Source of the DNA: the human T2T-CHM13v2.0 reference genome, Homo sapiens
Assembly: GCF_009914755.1 (NCBI RefSeq)
Contig: NC_060933.1
Reading direction: 5' to 3' (one strand)
DNA length: 64,000 nucleotides
The first letter of the stretch is position 1. Each line of letters opens with the position of its first letter. The notes beneath the pieces were generated by a model. That model had not been told where the DNA came from. It worked only from the letters and a program-made list of their open reading frames with translations, and ran no database searches. The translations under genes were made by a program, and so were the position numbers. Below are positions 12,960 to 28,500 of this stretch, one piece after another.

Positions 12960-15900
12960 GAATCAACTCGAGTGGAAAGGAATGGAATGGAATGGAAAGG
13001 AATGGAATGAAATCAACTCGAGTGGAATGGAATGGAATGGAATGGATTGGAATGGATTGCAATGGAATGAAATGGAATGGAATGGAATGGAATCAATCAT
13101 TCCGAGTGGAATGGAAGGGAATGTAATGGAGTGGAAAGAAGGGAATGGAATCAACCCGATTGGAATGCAAGGCAATGGAATGGAATGGAAAGGCATGGAA
13201 TAGAATCAACTCGATTGCAATGGAATGGAATGGATTGGAATGGAATGGAATGGAATGGAATGGAATGGAATTAACCAGAATAGAATGGAATGCAATGGAA
13301 TGGAACGGAATGGAATGGAATGGAAGGGAATGGAATCAACACGAGTGCAGGGGAATGGAATGGAATGGAATGCAATGGAATGGAATCATCCGGAATGGAA
13401 TGGAATGAAATCAACTCCATTGCAATGGAATGGAATGGAATGGAATGGAATGGAATAGAATGGAATGGAATTAACCCGAATAGAATGTAATGCAATAGAA
13501 TGCAATGGAACGGAACCGAATGGAGTGGAATGGAATGGAATGGAATCAACCTGAGTGCAGGGGAATGGAATGGAATGGAATGCAATGGAATGGAATCATC
13601 CGGAATGGAATGGAATGGAATGGAATGGAATCAAACCGAGTGCAATGGAATGGAGTGAAATGGAATGGAATGGAATGGAAACAACCAGAATGGATTGGAA
13701 TATAATGGAGTGTAAGGGAATTGAATAGAATCAATCTGAATGTAATGAAATGCAATGGAAAAGAATGGAATGGAATGGAATGGAATCGAATGGAATGGAA
13801 TGGAATGGAATCAACCCGAGTGCAATGGAATGGATTCGAATGGAATGGAATGGAGTGGAATGGATTCAACCCGAATGGAATGGAAAGGAATGGAATCAAC
13901 CCGAGTGGAATGGCATTGAATGGAATGGAATGGAATGGAATGGAATGGAATGGAATGGAATGGAATGGAATGGAATGGTTCGGAATAGAATGGATTGGAA
14001 CAAAATGGAATGGAATGGAATGGGATGGAATGGAATGGAATGGAATGGAATCAAGTCGATTGCAATGGAATGGAATGGAATGGAATGGAACGGATTGGAA
14101 TGGAATGGAATGGAATGGAATGGAATTAAATGGAATGGAATGGAATGGAATGGAATCATCCCGAGTGCAGGGGAATGGAATGGAATGGAATGCAATGGAA
14201 TGGAATGGAATGGAATGGAATGGAATGGAATGGAATGGAATGGAATGGAATCAACCCGAGTGGAAAGGCATGGAATGGAATGCAATGGAATGGAATGGAA
14301 TGGAATCAACTCGAGTGGAAAGAAATGGAATGGAATGGAATGGAAAGGAATGGAATGAAGTCAACTCGAGTGGAATGTAATGGAATGGATTGGAATGGAA
14401 TGCAATGGAATGAAATGGAATGGAATGGAATGGAATCAATCATTCCGAGTGGAATGGAAGGGAATGTAATGGAGTGGAAAGAAGGGAATGGAATGAACCC
14501 GAGTGGAATGCAAGGCAATGGAATGGAATGGAAAGGAATGGAATGGAATAAATTCGATTGCAATGGAAAGGAATTGAATGGAATGGAGTGGAAAGGAATG
14601 GAATGGAATGAAATGGAATGGAATGGAATCCAATGGAATGGAATCAACCCGAGTGCAATCGAATGGAATCGAATGGAATGGAATGCAATGGAATGGATTC
14701 AACTTTAATGGAATGGAAAGAATGGAATCAACACGAGTGGAATGGCATGGATTGGAATGGAATGGAATGGAATCAACCCGAGTACAGGGGAATGGAATGG
14801 AATGCAATGGAATGGAATCATCCGTAATGGAATGGAAAGGAATGGAATGGAATGGAATGGAATGGAATGGAATGGAATGGAATGGAATCAACTCGATTGA
14901 AATCGAATGGAATGGAATGGAATTAACCCGAATAGAATGGAATGGAATGGAATGGAACGGAACGGAACGGAATGGAATGGAATAGAATGGAATGGAATGG
15001 AATGGAAGTAAACAGAATAGAATGGAATGCAATGGAATGGAACGGAATGGAATAGAATGGAAGGGAATGGAATCAACACGAGTGCAGGGGAATGGAATGG
15101 AATGGAATACAATGGAATGGAATCATCCGGAATGGAATGGAATGGAATGAAATCAACTCCATTGCAATGGAATGGAATGGAATGGAATGGAATAGAATGG
15201 AATGGAATTAACCCGAATAGAATGGAATGCAATAGAATGTAATGGAACGGAACCGAATGGAGTGGAATGGAATGGAATGGAATCAACCTGAGTGCAGGGG
15301 AATGGAATGGAATGGAATGCAATGGAATGGAATCATCCGGAATGGAATGGAATGGAATGGAATAGAATCAAACCGAGTGCAATGGAATGGAGTGAAAAGG
15401 AATGGAATGGAATGGAAACAACCAGAATGGATTGGAATATAATGGAGTGTAAGGGAATTGAATAGAATCAATCTGAATGTAATGAAATGCAATGGAAAGG
15501 AATGGAATGGAATGGAATGGAATCGAATGGAATGGAATGGAATGGAATCAACCCGAGTGCAATGGAATGGATTCGAATGGAATGGAATGGAGTGGAATGG
15601 ATTCAACCCGAATGGAATGGAAAGGAATGGATTCAACCCGAGTGGAATGGCATGGAATGGAATGGAATGGAATGGAATGGAATGGAATGGAATGGAATGG
15701 AATGGAATGGAATGGAATCAAGTCGATTGCAATGGAATGGAATGGAATGGAATGGAACGGATTGGAATGGAATGGAATGGAATGGAATGGAATTAAATGG
15801 AATGGAATGGAATGGAATGGAATCAACCCGAGTGCAGGGGAATGGAATGGAATGGAATGCAATGGAATAGAATGGAATGGAATGGAATGGAATGGAATGG

Positions 15901-16620
15901 AATGGAATGCAAAGGAATGGAATCAACCCGAGTGGAATGGCATGGAATGGAATGCAATGGAATGCAATGGAGTGGAATCAACTCGAATGGAAAGGAATGG
16001 AATGGAATGGAAAGGAATGGAATGAAATCAACTCGAGTGGAATGGAATGGAATGGATTGGAATGGATTGCAATGGAATGAAATGGAATGGAATGGAATCA
16101 ATCATTCCGAGTGGATTGGAAGGGAATGTAATGGAGTGGAAAGAAGGGAATGGAATCAACCCGAGTGGAATGCAAGGCAATGGAATGGAATGGAAAGGAA
16201 GGGAATGGAATCAACTCGATTGCAATGGAAAGGAATGGAATGGAATGGAATGGAAAGGAATGGAATGGAATGAAATGGAATGGAATGGAATGCAATGGAA
16301 TGGAATCAACCAGAGTGCAATCGAATGGAATCGAATGGAATGGAATGCAATGGAATGGATTCAACTTTAATGGAATGGAAAGAATGGAATCAACACGAGT
16401 GGAATGGCATGGATTGGAATGGAATGGAATGGAATCAACCCGAGTACAGGGGAATGGAATGGAATGCAATGGAATGGAATCATCCGTAATGGAATGGAAA
16501 GGAATGGAATGGAATGGAATGGAATGGAAAGGAATGGAATGGAATCAACTCGATTGAAATCGAATGGAATGGAATGGAATTAACCCTAATAGAATGGAAT
16601 GGAATGGAATGGAACGGAAC
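12960..16620 (+). repeat. Tandem ~1.7-kb higher-order units (CAATCATTCCG / GAAAGAAGGG / CAAGTCGATT family)
   Basis: Near-identical ORF-track peptides at 13505/15242, 13546/15283 and 13721/15458 (offset 1737). Markers GGAACCGAATGGAGT, AACAACCAGAATGGATTGGAATATAA and CAACTTTAATGG each occur twice. Confidence 0.88.
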
Positions 16621-19600
16621 GGAACGGAACGGAATGGAATGGAATGGAATGGAATGGAATGGAATGGAATGGAACGGAAAGGAATGCAATGGAATGGAAT
16701 GGAATGGAATGGAATGGAATGGAATGGAATGGAATGGATTGGAATGGAATGGAATGGAATGGAATCAACGCGAGTGCAGGGGAACGGAATGTAATGGAAT
16801 GCAATGGAATGGAATCTTCCAGAATGGAATGGAATGGAATGGAATAAACCCGAGTGCAATGGAATGGAGTGGAATGGAATGGAATGGAATGGAACAACCC
16901 GAATGGAATCGAATGTAATGGAGAGTAAGGGAGTTGAATAGAATCAAACCGAATGTAATGGAATGGAATGGAACGGAATGGAATTGAATGGAATGGAATG
17001 GAATGCAATGGAATGGAATCAACCCGAGTGCAATGGAATGGAGAGGAATGGAATGGAATGGAATGGAAACTACCCGAATGGAATGGAATGTAATGGAGTC
17101 TAAGGGAATTGAATAGAATCAATCCGAATGTAATGGAATGGAATGGAACGGAATGGAATGGAATGGAATGGAATGGAATGGAATCGTTCGGAGTGGAATA
17201 GGAGGGAATGTATTCGAGTGGAATGGAAAGGAATGGAATCAACCAGAGTGGAATGGAAGGGAATGGAATGGAATGGAATCTAATAGATTGGAATCAACCC
17301 GAGTGGAATGGAATGGAAAGGACTGGAATGGAATGGAATGGAATGGAATGGAATCAACTGGATTGTAATGCAATGGAATGGAATGGAATGGAATGGAATG
17401 GAATGGAATTAACCCCAATACAATGGAATGGAATGGAATGGAATGGAATGGAACGGAATGGAGTCGAATGGAATGGATTCAACCCGAGTGCAGGGGAATG
17501 GAATGGAATGGAATGCAATGGAATGGAATCATCCGGAATGGAATGGAATGGAATGGAATGCAAAGCAATGGAATCAACTCGATTGCAATGGAAAGGAATG
17601 GAATGGAAAGGAATAGAATGGAATCAACCTGATTGGAATGGAATGGAAAGGACTGGAATGGAGTGGAATGGAATGGAATGGAATGGAATGGAATGCAATG
17701 GAATGGTATGGAATGGAATGGAATGGTACGGAATAGAATGGAATGGAAGGAATTGTAATGGAATGGAATTCAATGGAATGGAATGGAATGGAATGGAATC
17801 AACGCGAGTGCAGGGGAATGTAATGGAACGGAATGCAATGGAATGGAATCATCCGGAATGGAATGGAATGGAATGGAATGGAATGGAATGGAATCAACCC
17901 GAGTGCAATGGAATGGAGTGGAATGGAATGGAATGGAATGGAACAACCCGAATGGAATGGAATGTAATGGAGTGTAAGGGAGTTGAATAGAATCAATCAG
18001 AATGTAATGGAATGGAATGGAACGGAATGGAATGGAATGGAATGGAATGGAATGGAATGCAATGGAATGGAATCAACCCGAGTACAATGGAATGGAATGG
18101 AATGGAATGGAATGGAATGGAATGCCTTCAAACCGAATGGAATGGAAAGGAATGGAATCCACACGAGTGGAATGGAATGGAATGGAATGGAATGGAATGG
18201 AATGGAATGGAATGATACGGAATAGGATGGAATGGAACAAAATGGAATGGAATGGAATGGAATGGAATGGAATGGAATGGAATGGAATGGAATCGTTCCT
18301 AGTGGAATAGGAGGGAATGTATTCGAGTGGAATGGAAAGGAATGGAATCAACCAGAGTGGAATGGAAGGGAATGGAATGGAATGGAAACTAATAGAATGG
18401 AATCAACCCTAGTGGAATGGAATGGAAAGGACTGGAATGGAAAGGAATGGAATGGAATGGAATGGAATGGAATGGAATGGAATGGAATCAACGCGAGTGC
18501 AGGAGAATGGAATGGAATCGAATGGAATGGAATGGAATGGAATGGAATCAACCCGAGTGCAGGGGAATGTAATGGAACGGAATGCAAAGGAAAGGAATCA
18601 TCCGGAATGGAATGGAATGGAATGGAATGGAATCAACCCGAGTGCAATGGAATGGAGTGGAATGGAATGGAATGGAATGGAACAACCCGAATGGAATGGA
18701 ATGTAATGGAGAGTAAGGGAGTTGAAAAGAATCAATCCGAATGTAATGGAATGGAATGGAACGGAATGGAATGGAATGGAATGGAATGGAATGCAATGGA
18801 ATGGAATCAACCCGAGTACAATGGAATGGAATGGAATGGAATGGAATGGAACGGAATGGAATGGAATGGAATGCAATGGAATGGAATCTTCCGGAATGGA
18901 AAGGAATGGAATGGAATGGAATGGAATGGAATGGAATGCAATGGATTCACCTCGATTGCAATGGAATGGAATAGAATGGAATGGAATGGAATGGAATGGA
19001 ATTAAACCGAATAGAATGGAATGGAATGGAATGGAACGGAATGGAACGGAACTGAACGGAACGGAACGGAGTGGAATGGAATGGAATGGAATTGTATGGA
19101 ATGGAATGGAATGGTAAGGAATAGAATGGAATGGAATGAATTGGAATTGAATGGAATCGAATGGAATGGAATGGAATGGAATGGAATCAACCCGAGTGCA
19201 GGGGAATGTAATGGAACGGAATGCAATGGAATGGAATCATCCGGAATGGAATGGAATTGAATGGAATGGAATGGAATGGAATGGAAGGGAATGGAATCAA
19301 CCCGAGTGCAATGGAATGGAGTGGAATGGAATGGAATGGAATGGAACAACCCGAATGGAATGGAATGTAATGGAGAGTAAGGGAGTTGAATAGAATCAAT
19401 CCGAATGTAATGGAATGGAACGGAATGGAATGGAATGGAATGGAATGGAATGGAATGGAATGGAATGGAATGCAATGGAATGGAATCAACCCGAGTACAA
19501 TGGAACGGAATGGAATGGAATGGAATGGAATGGAATGGAATGGAATGAAATGGAATGGAATCAACTCGAGTGCAATGGAATGGAGAGGAATGGAATGGAA

Positions 19601-22189
19601 TGGAATGGAAACTACCCGAATGGAATGGAATGTAATGGAGTGTAAGGGAATTGAATAGAATCAATCCGAATGGAATGCAATGGAATGGAATGGAACGGAA
19701 TGGAATGGAATGGAATGGAATGGAATGGAAAGGAACGGAACGGAACGGAACGGAATGGAATGGAATGGAATGGAATGGAATGGAATGGAATCAACGCGAG
19801 TGCAGGGGAATGGAATGGAATGGAATGCAATGGAATGGAATCTTCCGGAATGGAATGGAATGGAATGGAATGGAATGAAAAGCAATGGATTCAACTCGAT
19901 TGCAATGGAATGGAATAGAATGGAATGGAATGGAATGGAATGGAATGGAATGGAATTAACCCGAATAGAATCGAATGGAATGGAATGGAACGGAATGGAA
20001 CGGAATGGAATGGAATGGAATGGAATGGAATGGTATGAAATGGAATGGAATGGTACGGAATAGAATGGAATGGAACGAATTGTCATGGAATGGAATTGAA
20101 TGGAATGGAGTGGAATGGAATGGAATCAACGCGAGTGCAGGGGAATGTAATGGAACGGAATGCAATGGAATGGAATCATCCGGAATGGAATGGAATGGAA
20201 TGGAATGGAATCAACCCGAGTGCAATGGAATGGAGTGGAATGGAATGGAATGGAATGGAACAACCCAAATGGAATGGAATGTAATGGAGAGTAAGGGAGT
20301 TGAAAATAATCAATCCGAATGTAATGGAATGGAATGGAACGGAATGGAATGGAATGGAATGGAATGGAATGCAATGGAATGGAATCAACCCGAGTACAAT
20401 GGAATGGAATGGAATGGAATGGAATGGAACGGAATGGAATGGAATGGAATGCAATGGAATGGAATCTTCCGGAATGGAAAGGAATGGAATGGAATGGAAT
20501 GGAATGGAATGCAATGGATTCAACTCGATTGCAATGGAATGGAATAGAATGGAATGGAATGGAATGGAATGGAATTAAACCGAATAGAGTGGAATGGAAT
20601 GGAATGGAACGGAACGGAACGGAACTGAACGGAACGGAACGGAGTGGAATGGATTGGAATGGAATTGTATGGAATGGAATGGAATGGTACGGAATAGAAT
20701 GGAATGGAATGAATTGGATTTGAATGGAATCGAATGGAATGGAATGGAATGGAATGGAATCAAACCGAGTGCAGGGGAAAGTAATGGAACGGAATGCAAT
20801 GGAATGGAATCATCCGGAATGGAATGGAATTGAATGGAATGGAATGGAATGGAATGGAATGGAATGGAATCAACCCGAGTGTAATGGAATGGAGTAGAAT
20901 GGAATGGAATGGAATGGAACAACCCGAATGGAATGGAATGTAATGGAGAGTAAGGGAGTTGAAAAGAATCAATCCGAATGTAATGGAATGGAATAAACGG
21001 AATGGAATGGAATGGAATGGAATGGAATGCAATGGAATGGAATCAACCCGAGTACAATGGAATGGAATGGAATGGAATGGAATGGAACGGAATGGAATGG
21101 AATGGAATGCAATGGAATGGAATATTCCGGAATGGAAAGGAATGGAATGGAATGGAATGGAATGGAATGCAATGGATTAAACTCGATTGCAATGGAATGG
21201 AATAGAATGGAATGGAATGGAATGGAATGGAATGGAATTAAACCGAATAGAATGGAATGGAATGGAATGGAACGGAACGGAACGGAAATGAACGGAACGG
21301 AACGGAATGGAATGGATTGGAAAGGAATTGTATGGAATGGAATGGAATGGTACGGAATAGAATGGAATGGAATGAATTGGAATTGAATGGAATCGAATGG
21401 AATGGAATGGAATGGAATGGAATCAACCCGAGTGCAGGGGAATGTAATGGAACGGAATGCAATGGAATGGAATCATCCGGAATGGAATGGAATTGAATGG
21501 AATGGAATGGAATGGAATGGAATGGAATGGAATCAACCCGAGTGCAATGGAATGGAGTGGAATGGAATGGAATGGAATGGAACAACCCGAATGGAATGGA
21601 ATGTAATGGAGAGTAAGGGAGTTGAATAGAATCAATCCGAATGTAATGGAATGGAACGGAATGGAATGGAATGGAATGGAATGGAATGGAATGGAATGCA
21701 ATGGAATGGAATCAACCCGAGTACAATGGAACGGAATGCAATGGAATGGAATGGAATGGAATGGAATGGAATGGAATGCAATGGAATGGAATCAACCCGA
21801 GTGCAGGGGAATGTAATGGAACGGAATGCAATGGAATGGAATCATCCGGAATGGAATGGAATTGAATGGAATGGAATGGAATGGAATGGAATGGAATGGA
21901 ATCAACCCGAGTGCAATGGAATGGAGAGGAATGGAATGGAATGGAATGGAAACTACCCGAATGGAATGGAATGTAATGGAGTGTAAGGGAATTGAATAGA
22001 ATCAATCCGAATGGAATGGAATGGAATGGAATGGAACGGAATGGAATGGAATGGAATGGAATGGAATGGAAAGGAACGGAACGGAACGGAACGGAACGGA
22101 ATGGAATGGAATGGAATGGAATGGAATGGAATGGAATCAACGCGAATGCAGGGGAATGGAATGGAATGGAATGCAATGGAATGGAATGG

Positions 22190-25100
22190 AATGGAATTAA
22201 CCAGAATAGAATGGAATGCAATGGAATGGAACGGAATGGAATGGAATGGAAGGGAATGGAATCAACACGAGTGCAGGGGAATGGAATGGAATGGAATGCA
22301 ATGGAATGGAATCATCCGGAATGGAATGGAATGAAATCAACTCCATTGCAATGGAATGGAATGGAATGGAATGGAATAGAATGGAATGGAATTAACCCGA
22401 ATAGAATGTAATGCAATAGAACGCAATGGAACGGAACCGAATGGAGTGGAATGGAATGGAATGGAATCAACCTGAGTGCAGGGGAATGGAATGGAATGGA
22501 ATGCAATGGAATGGAATCATCCGGAATGGAATGGAATGGAATGGAATGGAATCAAACCGAGTGCAATGGAATGGAGTGAAATGGAATGGAATGGAATGGA
22601 AACAACCAGAATGGATTGGAATATAATGGAGTGTAAGGGAATTGAATAGAATCAATCTGAATGTAATGAAATGCAATGGAAAAGAATGGAATGGAATGGA
22701 ATGGAATCGAATGGAATGGAATGGAATGGAATCAACCCGAGTGCAATGGAATGGATTCGAATGGAATGGAATGGAGTTGAATGGATTCAACCCGAATGGA
22801 ATGGAAAGGAATGGAATCAACCCGAGTGGAATGGCATTGAATGGAATGGAATGGAATGGAATGGAATGGAATGGAATGGAATGGAATGGTTCGGAATAGA
22901 ATGGATTGGAACAAAATGGAATGGAATGGAATGGAATGGAATGGAATGGAATGGAATGGAATCAAGTCGATTGCAATGGAATGGAATGGAATGGAATGGA
23001 ACGGATTGGAATGGAATGGAATGGAATGGAATGGAATTAAATGGAATGGAATGGAATGGAATGGAATCATCCCGAGTGCAGGGGAATGGAATGGAATGGA
23101 ATGCAATGGAATGGAATGGAATGGAATGGAATGGAATGGAATGGAATGGAATCAACCCGAGTGGAACGGCATGGAATGGAATGCAATGGAATGGAATGGA
23201 ATGGAATCAACTCGAGTGGAAAGGAATGGAATGGAATGGAATGGAAAGGAATGGAATGAAGTCAACTCGAGTGGAATGGAATGGAATGGAATGGATTGGA
23301 ATGGATTGCAATGGAATGAAATGGAATGGAATGGAATGGAATGAATCATTCCGAGTGGAATGGAAGGGAATGTAATGGAGTGGAAAGAAGGGAATGGAAT
23401 CAACCCGAGTGGAATGCAAGGCAATGGAATGGAATGGAAAGGAAAGGAATGGAATAAATTCGATTGCAATGGAAAGGAATGGAATGGAATGGAATGGAAA
23501 GGAATGGAATGGAATGAAATGGAATGGAATGGAATGCAATGGAATGGAATCAACCCGAGTGCAATCGAATGGAATCGAATGGAATGGAATGAAATGTAAT
23601 GGATTCAACTTTAATGGAATGGAAAGAATGGAATCAACACGAGTGGAATGGCATGGATTGGAATGGAATGGAATGGAATCAACCCGAGTACAGGGGAATG
23701 GAATGGAATGCAATGGAATGGAATCATCCGTAATGGAAAGGAAAGGAATGGAATGGAATGGAATGGAATGGAATGGAATCAACTCGATTGAAATCGAATG
23801 GAATGGAATGGAATTAACCCGAATAGAATGGAATGGAATGGAATGGATCGGAACGGAACGGAATGGAATGGAATGGAATGGAATGGATTGGAAGTAACCA
23901 GAATAGAATGGAATGCAATGGAATGGAACGGAATGGAATGGAATGGAAGGGAATGGAATCAACACGAGTGCAGGGGAATGGAATGGAATGGAATACAATG
24001 GAATGGAATCATCCGGAATGGAATGGAATGGAATGAAATCAACTCCATTGCAATGGAATGGAATGGAATGGAATGGAATAGAATGGAATGGAATTAACCC
24101 GAATAGAATGGAATGCAATAGAATGTAATGGAACGGAACCGAATGGAGTGGAATGGAATGGAATGGAATCAACCTGAGTGCAGGGGAATGGAATGGAATG
24201 GAATGCAATGGAATGGAATCATCCGGAATGGAATGGAATGGAATGGAATGGAATCAAACCGAGTGCAATGGAATGGAGTGAAATGGAATGGAATGGAATG
24301 GAAACAACCAGAATGGATTGGAATATAATGGAGTGTAAGGGAATTGAATAGAATCAATCTGAATGTAATGAAATGCAATGGAAAGGAATGGAATGGAATG
24401 GAATCGAATCGAATGGAATGGAATGGAATGGAATCAACCCGAGTGCAATGGAATGGATTCGAATGGAATGGAATGGAGTGGAATGGATTCAACCCGAATG
24501 GAATGGAAAGGAATGGATTCAACCCGAGTGGAATGGCATGGAATGGAATGGAATGGAATGGAATGGAATGGAATGGAATGGTTCGGAATAGAATGGATTG
24601 GAACAAAATGGAATGGAATGGAATGGAATGGAATGGAATGGAATGGAATGGAATGGAATCAAGTCGATTGCAATGGAATGGAATGGAATGGAATGGAACG
24701 GATTGGAATGGAATGGAATGGAATTAAATGGAATGGAATGGAATGGAATGGAATCAACCCGAGTGCAGGGGAATGGAATGGAATGGAATGCAATGGAATA
24801 GAATGGAATGGAATGGAATGGAATGGAAGGGAATGGAATGGAATCAACCCGAGTGGAATGGCATGGAATGGAATGCAATGGAATGGAATGGAATGGAATC
24901 AACTCGAGTGGAAAGGAATGGAATGGAATGGAAAGGAATGGAATGAAATCAACTCGAGTGGAATGGAATGGAATGGAATGGATTGGAATGGATTGCAATG
25001 GAATGAAATGGAATGGAATGGAATGGAATCAATCATTCCGAGTGGAATGGAAGGGAATGTAATGGAGTGGAAAGAAGGGAATGGAATCAACCCGAGTGGA

Positions 25101-25520
25101 ATGCAAGGCAATGGAATGGAATGGAAAGGAAGGGAATGGAATCAACTCGATTGCAATGGAAAGGAATGGAATGGAATGGAATGGAAAGGAATGGAATGGA
25201 ATGAAATGGAATGGAATGGAATGCAATGGAATGGAATCAACCAGAGTGCAATCGAATGGAATCGAATGGAATGGAATGCAATGGAATGGATTCAACTTTA
25301 ATGGAATGGAAAGAATGGAATCAACACGAGTGGAATGTCATGGATAGGAATGGAATGGAATGGAATCAACCCGAGTACAGGGGAATGGAATGGAATGGAA
25401 TGCAATGGAATGGAATCATCCGTAATGGAATGGAAAGGAATGGAATGGAATGGAATGGAATGGAATGGAATCAACTCGATTGCAATCGAATGGAATGGAA
25501 TGGAATTAACCCGAATAGAA
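22190..25520 (+). repeat. Second copy of the tandem ~1.7-kb pair (duplicate of ~13.27-16.6 kb)
   Basis: ORF-track offsets 13505->22426 (8921), 15027->23913 (8886), 16150->25081 (8931); internal period 1702 (22426/24128). Confidence 0.88.
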
Positions 25521-28500
25521 TGGAATGGAATGGAATGGAACGGAACGGAATGGAATGGAATGGAATGGAATGGAATGGAACGGAAAGGAATGGAATGGAA
25601 TGGAATGGAATGGAATCAATGCGAGTGCAGGGGAATGTAATGGAACGGAATGCAATGGAATCATCCGGAATGGAATGGAATGGAATGGAATGGAATCAAC
25701 CCGAGTGCAATGGAATGGAGTGGAATGGAATGGAATGGAATGGAACAACCCGAATGAAATGGAATGTAATGGAGAGTAAGGGAGTTGAAAAGAATCAATC
25801 CGAATGGAATGGAATGGAATGGAACGGAAAGGAATGGAATGGAATGGAATGGAATGCAATGGAATGGAATCAACCCGAGTGCAATGGAATGGAATGGAAT
25901 GGAATGGAATGGAATGGAATGGAATGGAATGGAATGCAATGGAATGGAATCTTCCGGAATGGAATGGAATGGAATGGAATGGAATGGAATGCAATGGATT
26001 CAACTCGATTGCAATGGAACGGAATGGAATGGAATGGAATTAAACCGAATAGAATGGAATGGAATGGAATGGAACGGAACGGAACGGAACGGAACGGAAC
26101 AGAGTGGAATGGAGTGGAATGGAATTGTATGGAATGGAATGGAATGGTACGGAATAGAATGGAATGGAAAGAATTGGAATGGAATGGAATCGAATGGAAT
26201 GGAATGGAATGGAATGGAATCAACTCGAGTGCAGGGGTATGTAATGGAACGGAATGAAATGGAATGGAATCATCCGGAATGGAATGGAATGGAATGGAAT
26301 GGAATGGAATGGAATGCAATGGAATGGATTCAACCCGACTTCAATCGAATGGAATCGAATGGAACGGAATGCAATGGAATGGATTCAACTTGAATGGAAT
26401 GGAAAGAATGGAATCAACACGAGTGGAATGGCATGGGATGGAATGGAATGGAATGGAATCAACCCGAGTAGAGGGGAATGGAATGCAATGGAATGGAATC
26501 ATCCGTAATGGAATGGAAAGGAATGGAATGGAATGGAATGGAATGGAATGGAATGGAATGGAATCAACTCGATTGCAATCGAATGGAATGGAATGGAATT
26601 AACCCGAATAGAATGGAATGGAATGGAATGGAACGGAACGGAACGGAATGGAATGGAATGGAATGGAATGGAATGGAACGGAACGGAATGGAATGGAATG
26701 GAATGGAATGGAATGGAATGGAATCAAAGCGAGTGCAGGGGAATGGAATGGAAAGGAATGCAATGGAATGGAATCTTCCGGAATGGAATGGAATGGAATG
26801 GAATGGAATGAAATGCAATGGATTCAACTCGATTGCAATGGAATGGAATAGAATGGAATGGAATGGAATGGAATGGAATTAATCCGAATAGAATGGAATG
26901 GATTAGAATGGAACGGAATGGAACCGAATGGAATGGAATGGAATGGAATGGAATGGTATGGAATGGAATGGAATGGTACGGAATAGAATGGAATGGAACG
27001 AACTGTAATGGAATGGGATTGAATGGAATGGAATGGAATGGAATGGAATCAACGCGAGAGCAGGGGAATGTAATGGAACGGAATGCAATGGAATGGAATC
27101 ATCCGGAATGGAATGGAATGGAATGGAATGGAATGGAATCAACCCGAGTGAAATGGAATGGAATGGAATGGAATGGAATGGAATGGAATGGAACAACCCG
27201 AATGGAATGGAATGTAATGGAGAGTAAGGGAGTTGAATAGAATTAATCCGAATGTAATGGAATGGAATGCAACGGAATGGAATGGAATGGAATGGAATGG
27301 AATGCAATGGAATGGAATCAACCCGAGTACAATGGAATGGAATGGAATGGAATGGAATGGAATGATACGGAATAGAATGCAATGGAACGAAATGGAATGG
27401 AATGGAATGGAATGGATTGGAATGGAATGGAATGCAATCGTTCCGAGTGGAATAGGAGGGAATGTATTCGAGTGGAATGGAAAGGAATGGAATCAACCAG
27501 AGTGGAATGGAAGGGAATGGAATGGAATGGAAACTAATAGAATGGAATCAACCCGAGTGGAATGGAATGGAAAGGACTGGAATGGAATGGAATGGAATGG
27601 AATCAACTCGATTGTAATGGAATGGAATGGAATAGAATGGAATGGAATGAAATTAACCCGAATACAATGGAATGGAATGGAATGGAACGGAATGGAGTGG
27701 AATGGAATGGAATCAACCCGAGTGCAGGGGATTAGAATTGTATGGAATGCAACGGAATGGAATCATCCGGAATGGAATGGAATGGAATGGAATGCAAAGC
27801 AATGGAATCAACTCGATTGCAATGGAATGGAATGGAAAGGAAAGGAATACATTGGAATCAACCCGAGTGGAATGGAATGGAAAGGAGTGGAATGGAGTGG
27901 AATGGAATGGAATGGAATGGAATGGAATCAACTCGATTGGAATGGAATGGAATGTAATGGAATGGAATGGAATTAACCCGAACAGAATGGAGTGGAATGG
28001 AATGTAACGGAACGGAATGGAATGGAATGGAATGGAATGGAATGGAATGGAATGGAATGGAATCAACCCGACTGCAGGGGAATGGAATGGAATGGAATGC
28101 AATGGAATGGATTCAACTTGAATGGAATGGAAAGAATGGAATCAACACGAGTGGAATGGCATGGATTGGAATGGAATGGAATGGAATTAACCCGAGTACA
28201 GGGGAATGGAATGGAATGGAATGCAATGGAATGGAATCATCCGTAATGGAATGGAAAGGAATATAATGGAATGGAATGGAATGGAATGGAATGGAATCAA
28301 CTCGATTGCAATCGAATGGAATGGAATGGAATTAAACCGAATAGAATGGAACGGATTGGAATGGAATGGAACGGAACGGAATGGAATGGATTGGAATGGA
28401 ATGGAATGGAATGGAATGGAACGGAAAGGGATGGAATGGAATGGAATGGAATGGAATGGAATGGAATGGAATGGAATCAACGCGAGTGCAGGGGAATGTA

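Larger units (their letters stand above)
10400..25600 (+). repeat. ~9-kb-offset duplication: ~10.4-16.6 kb vs ~19.4-25.6 kb, with internal indels
   Basis: Offsets 10681->19651 (8970) and 11300->20300 (9000); 11729->21387 (9658) after a ~660-bp local duplication; ACGCGAATGC at 12357/22140; then 13505->22426 (8921) after a deletion. Confidence 0.75.

Noticed and set aside
12401-21135. Purifying selection on the HSE-like motif (variants falling in spacer positions)
   Set aside because: Only three spacer variants against two motif-breaking ones, and two of the three are ordinary CpG decay, so there is no statistical support.
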